Shown here: positions 19,705-28,578 of the stretch, piece by piece
How the letters are laid out: each line of letters begins with the position of its first letter
Position numbering within the stretch: position 1 is the stretch's first letter
Assembly (NCBI GenBank): GCA_964612415.1
Contig: CAZTCT010000001.1
Coordinates: 455-64,454 of the forward strand
Direction of reading: 5' to 3'
Length of the DNA: 64,000 bases
Source of the DNA: an uncultured Candidatus Saccharibacteria bacterium
GTDB taxonomy: Bacteria > Patescibacteriota > Minisyncoccia > Phycocordibacterales > CAYRGE01
Made by a program: the position numbers and the translations under genes
Notes under the pieces: model-generated
The model's input: only the letters and a program-made list of their open reading frames with translations
Databases searched by the model: none
Told to the model about the DNA's origin: nothing

Positions 19705-21348
19705 CTACATTTTCTCTGGTGCTGAGATCCCGAGGAGACCGAGGGCTTTTGCGAGTGTATCGCGCGCAACAGAAGCAAGAAGAAGTGCTCCTTTTGCATA
19801 GGTCTCCCCTTCTATAACTCTCACATCTCTATAGAACTGGGAGAACTCGCTGGCAAGTTCATATGCATACGTCGTGAGTTTGTGTACATGATAATCTTTT
19901 GCAATCTCATCTACGACTTCCTTGAATTGCACAATCTTGAATGCGAGTGCGCGCGCAGTAGGTTCATCAAGAATGCTCTCTATAGTTGTTTCATTGGGAC
20001 TAAGCGCCATGGCCTGTTTTTCAATTGAACAAATACGGGCGTGCGCGTATTGCACATAGAATACTGGATTTTTCGCCGAAGTATCCCGGGCAAGGTCAGC
20101 GTCAAAATCCATATGAGTAGAAATCGCCTTCTCAGCAAAAAACCATCTCACCACATCATTGCCGTATTCATTGATAAGGTCTTCAAGTAAAATAACCGTC
20201 CCTGCCCGCTTAGACATTTTTTTGCGTTCTTCTCCATCTTTAAGTCCCACAAGTTGCACGACAAAAATAATCGGCTGGGGCGGATTGTCAGGCCATCCAA
20301 GAATCTTGCCTACCGCATGCATACGTTTTACATGCCCATGATGATCTGCCCCCCAAATATCAATCACTGTATCATCTCCTCGAGAGAACTTTTCCCGATG
20401 ATACGCAATATCAGAAAGAAAATATGTCGCTGTTTTGTCAGAGCGCACAAGGACCCTGTCTTCGTCATCGCCGTATTCGGATGTCTTAAGCCACACCGCA
20501 CCATCTTTCTCGTACACAACTCCTTTCTCTCTAAGATCGGTGAGTGTCTTCTCTGTCACATTTTTCTCCCTTATCTCTTTGTCCTCTGAATACCATCGGT
20601 CAAAATGCACGCCGGCTTTTTGCTCAATGAAATTTTTGTTGTATTCCTGAACCTTTTCTCCAAGAAGAAATCCTGCCTCTGACTCCGTAAGTCCTTCTGT
20701 GTTTACATCAGCCATCATTTCGCTTAGCCGCTCCGTCTTATATTGCTCCCCTTTCCCAAGCGCGGTTTTGCCGAGTTCAATGATCTGATTGCTTTCGCGA
20801 GAGTCATTTATGTAGTACTCGCGCGTAACATCTGCGCCCGTGTATTTGAAAATCCGCGCCAACATATCTCCGTAAAATGCACTGCGCCCATGTCCTATAT
20901 GCAAATCGCCTGTTGGATTCGCAGAAATAAATTCAATATTTATCTTCTCTCCTTCGCGCGAAGAGAGCCCTTCGTCTAGTCCCTCCCGCAAAGATGCGAG
21001 ATCCTGCTCAATCGCCTTTTTGGTAAGTTTAATATTTAAGAACCCAGGACCCGCAACTTCCACACCCTCCAGAAGGTCTTTGAGGTTTGGGTTGTGCTCA
21101 AGTTCACTCTTGAGGCTTTCGGCAAGCTCTTTTGGGCTCTTCCCTGCGTCTTTGGCGCAAGAGAGAGCAACTCCTGACGCATAGTCAGCATGAGGGGTTC
21201 GCGACAATACTTCTGCCTTAGGAGAAACCCCGTATTTTTCCTTTAAAATATGCTCTATTTGAGCGGAAATAGTCTCTTTCACAATAGCGCAATGATAGCA
21301 TGGAAAAGTGGACAAAAAGAAGCCGGCGCACAAGCGCCGGTTCTGCAA
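19705..21348 (-). CDS. argS: Arginyl-tRNA synthetase.
   Basis: HIGH region ANPTGDLHIGHGRSA. 547 aa with class-I architecture and an anticodon-binding C-terminus. The true start may be an alternative codon slightly downstream of 21348. Confidence 0.9.
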   Translation of the reverse strand: MQNRRLCAGFFLSTFPCYHCAIVKETISAQIEHILKEKYGVSPKAEVLSRTPHADYASGVALSCAKDAGKSPKELAESLKSELEHNPNLKDLLEGVEVAGPGFLNIKLTKKAIEQDLASLREGLDEGLSSREGEKINIEFISANPTGDLHIGHGRSAFYGDMLARIFKYTGADVTREYYINDSRESNQIIELGKTALGKGEQYKTERLSEMMADVNTEGLTESEAGFLLGEKVQEYNKNFIEQKAGVHFDRWYSEDKEIREKNVTEKTLTDLREKGVVYEKDGAVWLKTSEYGDDEDRVLVRSDKTATYFLSDIAYHREKFSRGDDTVIDIWGADHHGHVKRMHAVGKILGWPDNPPQPIIFVVQLVGLKDGEERKKMSKRAGTVILLEDLINEYGNDVVRWFFAEKAISTHMDFDADLARDTSAKNPVFYVQYAHARICSIEKQAMALSPNETTIESILDEPTARALAFKIVQFKEVVDEIAKDYHVHKLTTYAYELASEFSQFYRDVRVIEGETYAKGALLLASVARDTLAKALGLLGISAPEKM

Positions 21349-21352
21349 AACA

Positions 21353-22012
21353 CTACAGGCCTAATTCTTCTCGGAGAATTCTGAGGGCCTCTTCTAGCAC
21401 CTCTGCTTGCGAGTTCTCTGCGTTCAGATATCTTGCATTGAACACTTGAGCTGACTTTTTGTACCCTGCCGCAACCCTCTCATGGAAGGCAACGGCTCTC
21501 GCGTCAAAACGAGTGAGGTCTTCGTTTCTTCCTTTTGCTCTCTCCAAACACTTCTTACTGTCACCTGTTAGGAGAAACAGCAAATCCGGACTTACGACAA
21601 CTTTGTCATCCGTAGTACGGGCAATGTTATCAAGAGCCCAAAAAGTGTTCTCAAGATACTCTCTCTCTTCTCCCGCAATTTGATATGCATATGTTGAGGG
21701 CGAGAATCGATCACATAAAATGACCTTGCCACTTTTGACCCCTGGTACAATTACTTTGCGAATATGGTCTGCCCGAGATGCTTCGAACAGGAATATCTGC
21801 GTGAGTACGTCAGGGTCATCTCCTTCTGTCTTGCTGGAAAGCAAGAGGTCTCTAATCTTCTCCGCGGACGGTGTGCCACCAGGTTCTCGCGTAAATATTA
21901 CATCGTGACCCTTTTGTGTAAGTATTTTCCGCAGAGACATAATGAGACTCGTCTTGCCAGTCCCTTCGCCTCCTTCAAACACAATGAATTTGCCTTTTTG
22001 GGAATTCGTCAT
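21353..22012 (-). CDS. tmk: Thymidylate (dTMP) kinase.
   Basis: P-loop FIVFEGGEGTGKTS and the TREPGGT motif. Confidence 0.88.
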   Translation of the reverse strand: MTNSQKGKFIVFEGGEGTGKTSLIMSLRKILTQKGHDVIFTREPGGTPSAEKIRDLLLSSKTEGDDPDVLTQIFLFEASRADHIRKVIVPGVKSGKVILCDRFSPSTYAYQIAGEEREYLENTFWALDNIARTTDDKVVVSPDLLFLLTGDSKKCLERAKGRNEDLTRFDARAVAFHERVAAGYKKSAQVFNARYLNAENSQAEVLEEALRILREELGL

Positions 22013-22082
22013 GGAAGTCTCCTGTGTGAATTAAAGAAACATTGCTTGCCAAAAAGTACCACACTCCCCACAAAAGAAAAAG

Positions 22083-22106
22083 CCCCTCATCTGTACAGAT
22101 GAGGGG
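22083..22106 (-). terminator. Hairpin terminator after the dCTP-deaminase-like gene.
   Basis: Palindrome CCCCTCATCTGTACAGATGAGGGG. In minus-strand sense it is followed by CUUUUUCUUUU. Confidence 0.6.
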
Positions 22107-22132
22107 TGGGTTAGGAGGGGTTCAAATGCTAA

Positions 22133-23266
22133 TTACCCATCCCAAACACTTTCGCGGTCTCTAAAATGCTTTGAGAGTGAGGGCCCAGAGCCAACATAAT
22201 TGGACCCTGCGTCCGCCCCGTAAAGTTTCATGGGGATTTCAGTTGTATGCTCAAACGCCATACGACAGATCCTTTGTCCGTCATATAAACGCTGCGGAAT
22301 ATTGTGTGCTCTTACTTCCAAAACAACACTCGTTCCACGCTCTGCACCAAAACCATTGTCGAAAAACCCCGCGTAGTGTGTTCGATATTCTCCCGACGAT
22401 ACATCGTAGGGAATTATTTCTGCACAGCACGGTGGAGGGATCTTGACACGTTCTTTTGTTGTGAGTAGATAAAACCTTCCTGGCGTTAACACTAATTCCC
22501 CATTGCGAGGACGCTTGATGGGGATCCAAAAATCATCCACATCATAGTGGTCTTTTTTGGAAAGATCGAGCGTCTCTGTTGGGTTGGAACGTGACTCAAA
22601 ACCAACAATGTTTCTGTCGAGATCGATGTGTAAGAAGTAGCTCTTCTCGAAAATATCGATTTCATCCTGCGAGAGTGATTCCCCGCTGTTGTGATAAAGC
22701 ACTCCGTATTTTGAATGTAGCAGTGCCAAGCGATCATTGGGAATTGTGGCGTCCCCTGATCGTACTCGGAATTGTGTCAGGGTCAGCCCCGGTGTAACCG
22801 AAATATTAAAGGAAAGCGGTGTAACTTCAAGATAGAGTGGCCCTTTATATCCCGGGTCAATACGGTCATATTGTGTCTTTGAATCACACAACACACGCAC
22901 GAATGTGTCGGTACGCCCCGTCGAACTCTTGGGGGAAAATCCTGCACAGAATTGAGCGGCGAACTGAAGTCGCTCCTTGAGAGGAATCAGATAGCATGCC
23001 CCTTTCTCAAGAACAGATCCCTCTTCTCGAATGGCAAACTCATAGGATGAGAGTTTTTCGATGAGTTGGGATACGGATTCTCCGGGAGCTGGCATTGCAG
23101 CCGCCTTCATGCGATAGATACGCTCGCCAAGTGCACAGTCAATTGTCGCCATCTGAATGTGAGATTCTGGGATAGCCTCTTTTTCCCACGAGATCATTGG
23201 GCTTTCGCCATGCGTGATTTCTCTCAGATTTTGCATGGGCAAAATACCTAGGGTTAACGCTGACAT
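22133..23266 (-). CDS. Long-form dCTP deaminase family protein (DCD/PF06559-like, dUTPase fold).
   Basis: 377 aa. The C-terminal half reads TPGRFYLLTTKERVKIPPPCCAEIIPYDVSSGEYRTHYAGFFDNGFG...GTSVVLEVRAHN, which fits the dCTP-deaminase/dUTPase jelly-roll pattern. It sits next to tmk and dut. Confidence 0.55.
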   Translation of the reverse strand: MSALTLGILPMQNLREITHGESPMISWEKEAIPESHIQMATIDCALGERIYRMKAAAMPAPGESVSQLIEKLSSYEFAIREEGSVLEKGACYLIPLKERLQFAAQFCAGFSPKSSTGRTDTFVRVLCDSKTQYDRIDPGYKGPLYLEVTPLSFNISVTPGLTLTQFRVRSGDATIPNDRLALLHSKYGVLYHNSGESLSQDEIDIFEKSYFLHIDLDRNIVGFESRSNPTETLDLSKKDHYDVDDFWIPIKRPRNGELVLTPGRFYLLTTKERVKIPPPCCAEIIPYDVSSGEYRTHYAGFFDNGFGAERGTSVVLEVRAHNIPQRLYDGQRICRMAFEHTTEIPMKLYGADAGSNYVGSGPSLSKHFRDRESVWDG

Positions 23267-23348
23267 ATTGCACCTCCTCCTTGTAAAAGTTCAAAGTGAC
23301 TACCCAATTTTTACCATACTTTTTAGGAAAAAAGAAAACTCCCTGTCC

Positions 23349-23376
23349 TTGCCCCCTCTTGCAAAATACCTATAAT
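23349..23376 (+). promoter_or_regulatory. Sigma70-like promoter for the 23433 gene.
   Basis: TTGCCC, 16-nt spacer, then a perfect TATAAT at 23371..23376. A strong SD (AAAAAGGAGG) sits 5-14 nt before the ATG. Confidence 0.4.
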
Positions 23377-23432
23377 GGATCCAGTAATAACAGTTCTTAA
23401 AATCAGTTCAACCATGAAAAAGGAGGCTGGTT

Positions 23433-24806
23433 ATGTCTTTCAGGGCACTCAACCATGTAATACGCCCACTTTCTTATCCGCTCCCTCACAAGGGCATGAT
23501 ATTGGTTTTGGACACAGGGGCACAAATTACACCCGAGGCAGAGGCAATGCTTCAAGCATTGTATTCTCGTTCTATTGAAGAGGTACTCGTACATCTCGAT
23601 GAGATCCAGAAAAAGGGTCCTGAAAAATTCATGTCCACATTCTACGTTGGATACGGACATAAATCGATCGGTGATTGCGGCACTGGTACTATTTTTATCG
23701 AGGGTGTCTCAATGCTTGCTGCGAAAGCAATCCAGGATTGGGCACTTTATTCGGGGCAGGAAGCATCAACAAGGTACATTGATTTCTCAAAGCAGTATTT
23801 TCTAAATCCAATTGGTTCGCAGAAAGCAAATGCATTACTTGAAGACTGGCGCGTGTTTTATCTACATGCTCAAAAGCCACTTCAGACTTTCTTGTGTGAG
23901 CGATTCCCACGCGCTCCTGAAGAAAAGGAGTCTGTGTATGACAAGGCGATCAAGGCAAGGGCGTTCGATATCTTGCGAGGGTTCCTCCCTGCCGGGGCAA
24001 CAACAAAACTGGCTTGGCATACCAATCTTCGTCAAGCAGCTGATAAACTTGCGCTTCTGCGGCATCACCCCTTGGAAGAAGTGCGCATGATAGCTGACGC
24101 GATCGAAGATGCACTCAAGGAAATGTTCCCGAGTTCATTTGGACACAAGCGCTACCAAGAAACAGAAGATTATAATGCATTTTGGATGGGTGAAAAATAC
24201 TACTTTACTAATCCACGCCCGAGTGACTACAAGGTAACAAACTGTGGAATAAATCGCCGGCTCGTGGCGCAATACCAGGATATTTTGGAGCGTCGACCCC
24301 CAAAAACAGAGCTCCCCAAATTCCTGGCGGAATGCGGAACAATGCAACTTGAGTTTACTCTTGATTTTGCATCGTTCCGGGACATACAACGTCACAGAGC
24401 AGTGATACAACGCATGCCATTGGTTTGTCACGACCACGGATTTGAGCCATGGTATCTAAATGAACTTCCTTCAAGGCTTCGAACTGAAGCAGAGCAGTTA
24501 CTGCTTTCCCAAGAAAATGGTCTCCGAACAATGATTCTCCCTCAGAGTTCCAAGGAGGAGGCACAGTATTACACTGCTATGGGTTATCGATTGCCAAATC
24601 GTCTTACTGGCGACTTGCCAGCACTAGTCTATTTGGCGGAGTTGCGCGCAACAAGATTTGTCCATTCAACGCTCCGCAAAAGAGCAATTCAAATAGGGGA
24701 AACCCTTGAACAACTGTTCGGAAAACATGGATTGAAAATTCATTTCGACAAAGATCCTGACCGGTTTGACGTTAAGCGTGGAGAGCACGATATCGTCAAA
24801 GTATGA
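23433..24806 (+). CDS. Hypothetical protein, possibly a divergent flavin-dependent thymidylate synthase (ThyX-like) with a large insertion.
   Basis: 457 aa. The N-terminus MILVLDTGAQITPEAEAMLQALYSRS...GYGHKSIGDC loosely resembles the ThyX N-terminus and HxS motif. A later FRDIQRHRAVIQRM segment resembles the ThyX RHR motif, and LPNRLTGDLPALVYLAELRATRFVHS may match the ThyX C-terminal region. The gene lies inside a tmk/dcd/dut cluster. Confidence 0.3.
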   Translation: MSFRALNHVIRPLSYPLPHKGMILVLDTGAQITPEAEAMLQALYSRSIEEVLVHLDEIQKKGPEKFMSTFYVGYGHKSIGDCGTGTIFIEGVSMLAAKAIQDWALYSGQEASTRYIDFSKQYFLNPIGSQKANALLEDWRVFYLHAQKPLQTFLCERFPRAPEEKESVYDKAIKARAFDILRGFLPAGATTKLAWHTNLRQAADKLALLRHHPLEEVRMIADAIEDALKEMFPSSFGHKRYQETEDYNAFWMGEKYYFTNPRPSDYKVTNCGINRRLVAQYQDILERRPPKTELPKFLAECGTMQLEFTLDFASFRDIQRHRAVIQRMPLVCHDHGFEPWYLNELPSRLRTEAEQLLLSQENGLRTMILPQSSKEEAQYYTAMGYRLPNRLTGDLPALVYLAELRATRFVHSTLRKRAIQIGETLEQLFGKHGLKIHFDKDPDRFDVKRGEHDIVKV

Positions 24807-24818
24807 TCCTTTGAGAAT

Positions 24819-24848
24819 AGCCCTGCTCACAGTACTGTGAGCAGGGCT
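24819..24848. terminator. Bidirectional hairpin terminator between the convergent 23433 gene and dut.
   Basis: AGCCCTGCTCACAG-TACT-CTGTGAGCAGGGCT followed by ATCTTTTATTT. Confidence 0.65.
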
Positions 24849-24853
24849 ATCTT

Positions 24854-25282
24854 TTATTTCCCCGTACTCCCAAATCCCCCCTCTCCTCGCACTGTATTAT
24901 CTAACTCTGCTACTTCCTCAATTTCTGCATGCTCTACTTTTTGAATAAGTAGTTGTGCTACTTTGTGCCCCTTTTCTATCGTGTATTCCTCATTCGAAAT
25001 ATTGGCAATACCTACCATAATCTCTCCGCGATACCCAGAGTCAATCACCCCGCCGAGTGTCTTAAGTCCATTTCTCATAGAAAGCCCGCTCTTATCCCAC
25101 ACAAGCCCCACATACCCCTTGGGGATAGCCATAGCGATACCTGTGGGAACCATAACGCGAGCACCCGGCACAACTGTGACATCTTGTATTGCGTACAAAT
25201 CAAGCCCTGCGTCACCATCATGGGCATAGAAAGGCACTTCTGCGTCTTCAGCAAGCTTTTTAATTTTAAGAGTGATTTTCAT
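24854..25282 (-). CDS. dut: dUTP diphosphatase.
   Basis: MKITLKIKKLAEDAEVPFYAHDGDAGLDLYA...GVIDSGYRGEI...RGEGGFGSTG covers all five dUTPase motifs. Start taken at the internal MKITL codon. Confidence 0.93.
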   Translation of the reverse strand: MKITLKIKKLAEDAEVPFYAHDGDAGLDLYAIQDVTVVPGARVMVPTGIAMAIPKGYVGLVWDKSGLSMRNGLKTLGGVIDSGYRGEIMVGIANISNEEYTIEKGHKVAQLLIQKVEHAEIEEVAELDNTVRGEGGFGSTGK

Positions 25283-25302
25283 ACAGCAATTGTACCCCAA
25301 AC

Positions 25303-25338
25303 AAAAAACGGCTCAACCGTACGGTTGAGCCGTTTTTT
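25303..25338 (-). terminator. Rho-independent terminator after rplK, copy 3 of the AACGGCTCAACCG palindromic element.
   Basis: AAAAAACGGCTCAACCG-TA-CGGTTGAGCCGTTTTTT, perfectly symmetric with U/A runs on both sides. Confidence 0.75.
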
Positions 25339-25356
25339 ATGCCTTAAAATCGATAT

Positions 25357-25779
25357 TTAGACCACTTCCATTCCCATTGAGCGGGCGGTCCCCTCTACGA
25401 TTTTCATCGCTGCCTCAACGTCGTTTGCATTCAAGTCAGGCATCTTTTTCTCTGCAATTTCACGAACTTGCGCCTTTGTGACAGAGCCAGCTTTGCTTAC
25501 CAAATTCTTCCCAGAACCCTTCTCTTTCCCCGCAGCCTTAAGAAGAAGATTCGCTGTTGGAGAAATCTTGGTGATGAAGGTAAAGCTTCTGTCCTCGTAT
25601 ACAGAAATAATAACAGGGACGATATCCCCCATCTGCTCACGGGTCTGCTCGTTGAATCGAGTAACGAATTCGCCGATATTTACCCCAGCCTGTCCGAGCG
25701 CTGGTCCGAGAGTCCCTGCAGGAGTAGCCTTCCCCCCTGGAACCTGTACTTTTATTGTCTTAACTACCTTTTTTGCCAT
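25357..25779 (-). CDS. rplK: 50S ribosomal protein L11.
   Basis: [39 protein letters not shown]... is a canonical L11. Confidence 0.97.
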   Translation of the reverse strand: MAKKVVKTIKVQVPGGKATPAGTLGPALGQAGVNIGEFVTRFNEQTREQMGDIVPVIISVYEDRSFTFITKISPTANLLLKAAGKEKGSGKNLVSKAGSVTKAQVREIAEKKMPDLNANDVEAAMKIVEGTARSMGMEVV

Positions 25780-25796
25780 AGTAGCGGGATTATAGT

Positions 25797-26342
25797 TTAA
25801 ATTTTCTTAACCTGCAAGAAGTCCAGCTCAATAGGAGTCTCGCGTCCAAACATTGAAACAAGGACCTTGATGCGCCCACGTTCCTCATCTACCTCACTGA
25901 TTTTGCCCTCAAGCTCCTTAAATGGCCCGTCTACGATCTGGACAGGGTCACCAGCTTGGAAATCAATCTTGTGTTTAACAGTCTCGCTCTTCATTCGAGA
26001 GAAGAGCATGTCTACTTCTTCCTTTGCCAAAGGCACTGGATGAATACCAGAGCCAACAAATCCAGTAACACGAGGGGTATTGCGCACTACATACCATGAA
26101 TCGTCAGTAACGATCATATCTACAAGGACGTAGCCAGGGTAGATTTTCTCTTCTACTTCATTGCGCTTTCCTCCTTTGATACGAATCTTCTTTTCTGTTG
26201 GGACGATCACACTAAAGATTTTGTCTTCCATTCCAAGAGATTCAATGCGCTGCTTGAGGTTGCGAGCAACTGCATTTTCATATCCAACATATGTGTGAAT
26301 CGCGTACCAATTTCGCTCTGGTTTTAATTCTTGTTTTGCCAT
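25797..26342 (-). CDS. nusG: Transcription antitermination factor NusG.
   Basis: NGN domain ([14 protein letters not shown]) and a KOW domain ([18 protein letters not shown]). Confidence 0.95.
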   Translation of the reverse strand: MAKQELKPERNWYAIHTYVGYENAVARNLKQRIESLGMEDKIFSVIVPTEKKIRIKGGKRNEVEEKIYPGYVLVDMIVTDDSWYVVRNTPRVTGFVGSGIHPVPLAKEEVDMLFSRMKSETVKHKIDFQAGDPVQIVDGPFKELEGKISEVDEERGRIKVLVSMFGRETPIELDFLQVKKI

Positions 26343-26381
26343 AAATGTACTATTGTGAAAGGTAAATATTTTGCCTCACTT

Positions 26382-26561
26382 TTATGATGCAATGCTCTTG
26401 AGCGCTCCGCTAAAGAGTGCGTCAAAAACGCCAAGGAAAACAGCAACAACAATGGAGATTGCAATGACTGCAACCGTGAAAAGAATTGCCTGCTTTCTGG
26501 TCGGCCAGCTTACATGCTTCAATTCCCCTTTTGTATCCTTCAGATAGTGTATGAGTCCCAT
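26382..26561 (-). CDS. secE: Preprotein translocase subunit SecE, short ~60-aa form.
   Basis: GELKHVSWPTRKQAILFTVAVIAISIVVAVFLG is the SecE TM helix plus its conserved VSWP segment. The ORF track's longer version starts with TTG at 26633, which falls inside the predicted -35 box, so the internal ATG at 26561 is preferred. Confidence 0.75.
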   Translation of the reverse strand: MGLIHYLKDTKGELKHVSWPTRKQAILFTVAVIAISIVVAVFLGVFDALFSGALKSIAS

Positions 26562-26604
26562 AAAAGTTTTTCCTATTAAAAAACGCCCTTTCGGGCTTTT
26601 TTTT

Positions 26605-26633
26605 ATACTACTCTCCTTGGGGTAATTTGTCAA
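26605..26633 (-). promoter_or_regulatory. Sigma70-type promoter for secE-nusG-rplK.
   Basis: Minus-strand reading gives TTGACA (26633..26628), the 17-nt spacer AATTACCCCAAGGAGAG, then TAGTAT (26610..26605). A small hairpin GCCCGAAAGGGC followed by U6 sits at the very start of the predicted leader (26583..26596). Confidence 0.45.
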
Positions 26634-26640
26634 ATAAAAT

Positions 26641-26664
26641 GCCCCGCCAGCATGCTGGCGGGGC
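26641..26664 (-). terminator. Terminator after the Nudix-like gene.
   Basis: Palindrome GCCCCGCCAGCATGCTGGCGGGGC. In minus-strand sense it is followed by AUUUUAUUU. Confidence 0.65.
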
Positions 26665-26678
26665 TGAGAGATCTTCCC

Positions 26679-27176
26679 TCAAACCATGTGAACAGATGCC
26701 CGAGAGCCTTGTACCAAGACCCTACGCAAGAGCTTTTGGTAGTACCCCCATGCTCTTACAACGGCAGTTCGATGACTAGGATCGACTTCGGGCGCGTCCA
26801 CGATTTGCTGGATTGAAGCCCAGTACGGAATGCGATCGCCACGATAATTCCTACTCTGGAAAGAAAGCTTCACGGGGGCAACACAAGTAAAAAAGAAGTG
26901 TGTCCCACCTTCTCGCTTTGCTGGTATAGTGTAAGAAAGCTGCGTGAGAGTGTCTTCAGGAAGGATTAGTCCTGTCTTTCTGGCGAGATGCCGCACCGCG
27001 GCAGCTAGATAACTATCATTTCCCCCTCGGACACACCCCCCAGGGAGAACATCGGCTAATTCATACACACTAGTACGGGGGTGCATAACGATGACATAGT
27101 GTTCTTTGTCTCTCCGCTGTTGTGGTGAAAAAACAACAACGGAAACAGCGTCACTACGACTTGGTCTCTTTTCCAC
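26679..27176 (-). CDS. Nudix-like hydrolase with a degenerate Nudix box.
   Basis: 165 aa. PGGCVRGGNDSYLAAAVRHLARKTGL occupies the Nudix-box position, but the Glu residues are replaced. The start is GTG, preceded by AAGGAG. Confidence 0.4.
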   Translation of the reverse strand: MEKRPSRSDAVSVVVFSPQQRRDKEHYVIVMHPRTSVYELADVLPGGCVRGGNDSYLAAAVRHLARKTGLILPEDTLTQLSYTIPAKREGGTHFFFTCVAPVKLSFQSRNYRGDRIPYWASIQQIVDAPEVDPSHRTAVVRAWGYYQKLLRRVLVQGSRASVHMV

Positions 27177-27271
27177 CTGTGATCTCCTTTTATATTTGTT
27201 GGTGCCTGAGAAAAGTTAGTAAAAATCAATATATTCTTTTTTAATTATAACACATTATTAGACAATGCGCA

Positions 27272-27295
27272 ACAAAGGCCGCTTTCGCGGCCTTT
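27272..27295 (-). terminator. Hairpin after the SIMPL-domain gene; overlaps a candidate promoter for the Nudix-like gene.
   Basis: CAAAGGCCGC-TTTC-GCGGCCTTTG. Downstream in minus-strand sense is TTGCGC, a 17-nt spacer, then a perfect TATAAT (27249..27244). Confidence 0.4.
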
Positions 27296-27298
27296 GTG

Positions 27299-28132
27299 TT
27301 AGTTAATTTCGTAGATAATCGTCACTGATGAGGATATTGTTGTTTCCCCTGTGGGTATTTCTGGAGATGCTTTCCCTCCTGTCGCAGAATCAAGTGCTGC
27401 GTACATTACTGGGTATGGAGTGTATGACCCACCCTCTTGGAAGCTAACAACCCTTACCAAGTCGACTCCCAGATCGCGAGCAAGCACTTTCGCCTTTTCA
27501 CGGGCCTTATCGATTGCTTCCGCTCGTGCCTCGGCAAGCAAGTCGTCTTCTTCATCTATTGAGAAGGTGACTCCGCCAAGATTTGTGATACCAAGTTCCC
27601 CAAGCCCACCGAGAAGCGTGCCTGTCTCTTCTATATCACGGACTTTGATGGTAAATGATTGCGCGACATCATATCCGGCTAATACACGCGTTTGGCCTGA
27701 AGGACATCCGAATTCAGTGCACAGCACTTGGCTTGCTGCTCTATATTCATACCGTGGGTAGATAGAGTAATTTGTAGTCTTGATGTCTTTATCTTCAACT
27801 CCATTTTTGTTAAGAAAATCCTTTGCCTTTGCGGTAAGGTCAGTAACTGTGGTTTGTGCTTTTTGCACAGTACTTGCCTCACTCTCAACAGTAAATGAAA
27901 ACTCTGCAATATCAGGCTTTGCAAATTTCTCTCCCATTCCCGTAACTTGAATGGTCGCAGACGGCGTCTTCCCTGATCCGACAAACGGCAATCCTTTTAT
28001 TTCTGCAAACGCTTTTGCTCCCACAAAAATCACAAGCATTATTAAAAGGGCGGAAACGAGCCCACTATGCCTCCCGCTCCAGGAATAACACTTCCCCGCA
28101 CACGTATAGTTTTCGTTGTTTTTTCCTTCCAT
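27299..28132 (-). CDS. SIMPL/DUF541-family secreted protein (BP26/OMP28-like).
   Basis: 277 aa with an N-terminal TM or signal segment, followed by a SIMPL-like repeat architecture (GMGEKFAKPDIAEFSFTVESEAST...VTFSIDEED...AIDKAREKAKVLA). Confidence 0.55.
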   Translation of the reverse strand: MEGKNNENYTCAGKCYSWSGRHSGLVSALLIMLVIFVGAKAFAEIKGLPFVGSGKTPSATIQVTGMGEKFAKPDIAEFSFTVESEASTVQKAQTTVTDLTAKAKDFLNKNGVEDKDIKTTNYSIYPRYEYRAASQVLCTEFGCPSGQTRVLAGYDVAQSFTIKVRDIEETGTLLGGLGELGITNLGGVTFSIDEEDDLLAEARAEAIDKAREKAKVLARDLGVDLVRVVSFQEGGSYTPYPVMYAALDSATGGKASPEIPTGETTISSSVTIIYEIN

Positions 28133-28155
28133 ATGAAATAACCCAGAAGAATCTC

Positions 28156-28560
28156 TTAGGAGGCGTTTTTGCCAGCTTCCTGACTAACAGATCCTTCTTC
28201 AAGGGTATGTTTTATTTGATTAATAATCTCCGCTAAAGATTGCTCTGACTTGATAATGTATCCTCTCACCCCAAACGTTACAACTTCGCTCATCTCTTTC
28301 ATTCCTGAGAGCTGTGTACTTACAATAACAGGGGTGTTGGAGAGTCCCTCTTTTTTCTGTAACTCTTTAAGAAATTCTGGCCCTGTTAGTTTAGGCATCA
28401 TAATGTCTAGCACAATAAGATCTGGCCTTTCTCTTTCCAAAGCCACCATACCCTCTTGTCCGTCAACGGCAACGGCAGTCTCAAACCCAGCGGACACTAG
28501 CCCATCTTTAAGTATCTTCCCGAATATCTTGTCGTCATCTACAATGAGAATCTTTTTCAT
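28156..28560 (-). CDS. Stand-alone response regulator receiver domain (CheY-like).
   Basis: MKKILIVDDDKIF...DLIVLDIMMPKLTG...PVIVST has the phospho-acceptor Asp and conserved Thr/Lys positions. There is no output domain. Confidence 0.9.
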   Translation of the reverse strand: MKKILIVDDDKIFGKILKDGLVSAGFETAVAVDGQEGMVALERERPDLIVLDIMMPKLTGPEFLKELQKKEGLSNTPVIVSTQLSGMKEMSEVVTFGVRGYIIKSEQSLAEIINQIKHTLEEGSVSQEAGKNAS

Positions 28561-28578
28561 GCCTCAAATAGTACACCA

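Noticed and set aside
16429-19817. Multiple 70-210 aa ORFs on the plus strand (e.g. 17592..18107 and 19182..19817) lying inside ileS.
   Set aside because: They are antisense to a confidently identified, motif-rich ileS frame, their composition is odd (Cys/Phe/Leu-rich), and they have no SD. Treated as spurious shadow ORFs.
26562-26633. The 24-aa N-terminal extension of SecE given in the ORF track (TTG start at 26633).
   Set aside because: It starts with a weak TTG lying inside the predicted -35 hexamer. Bacterial SecE short forms begin ~14 aa before the VSWP motif, matching the internal ATG.
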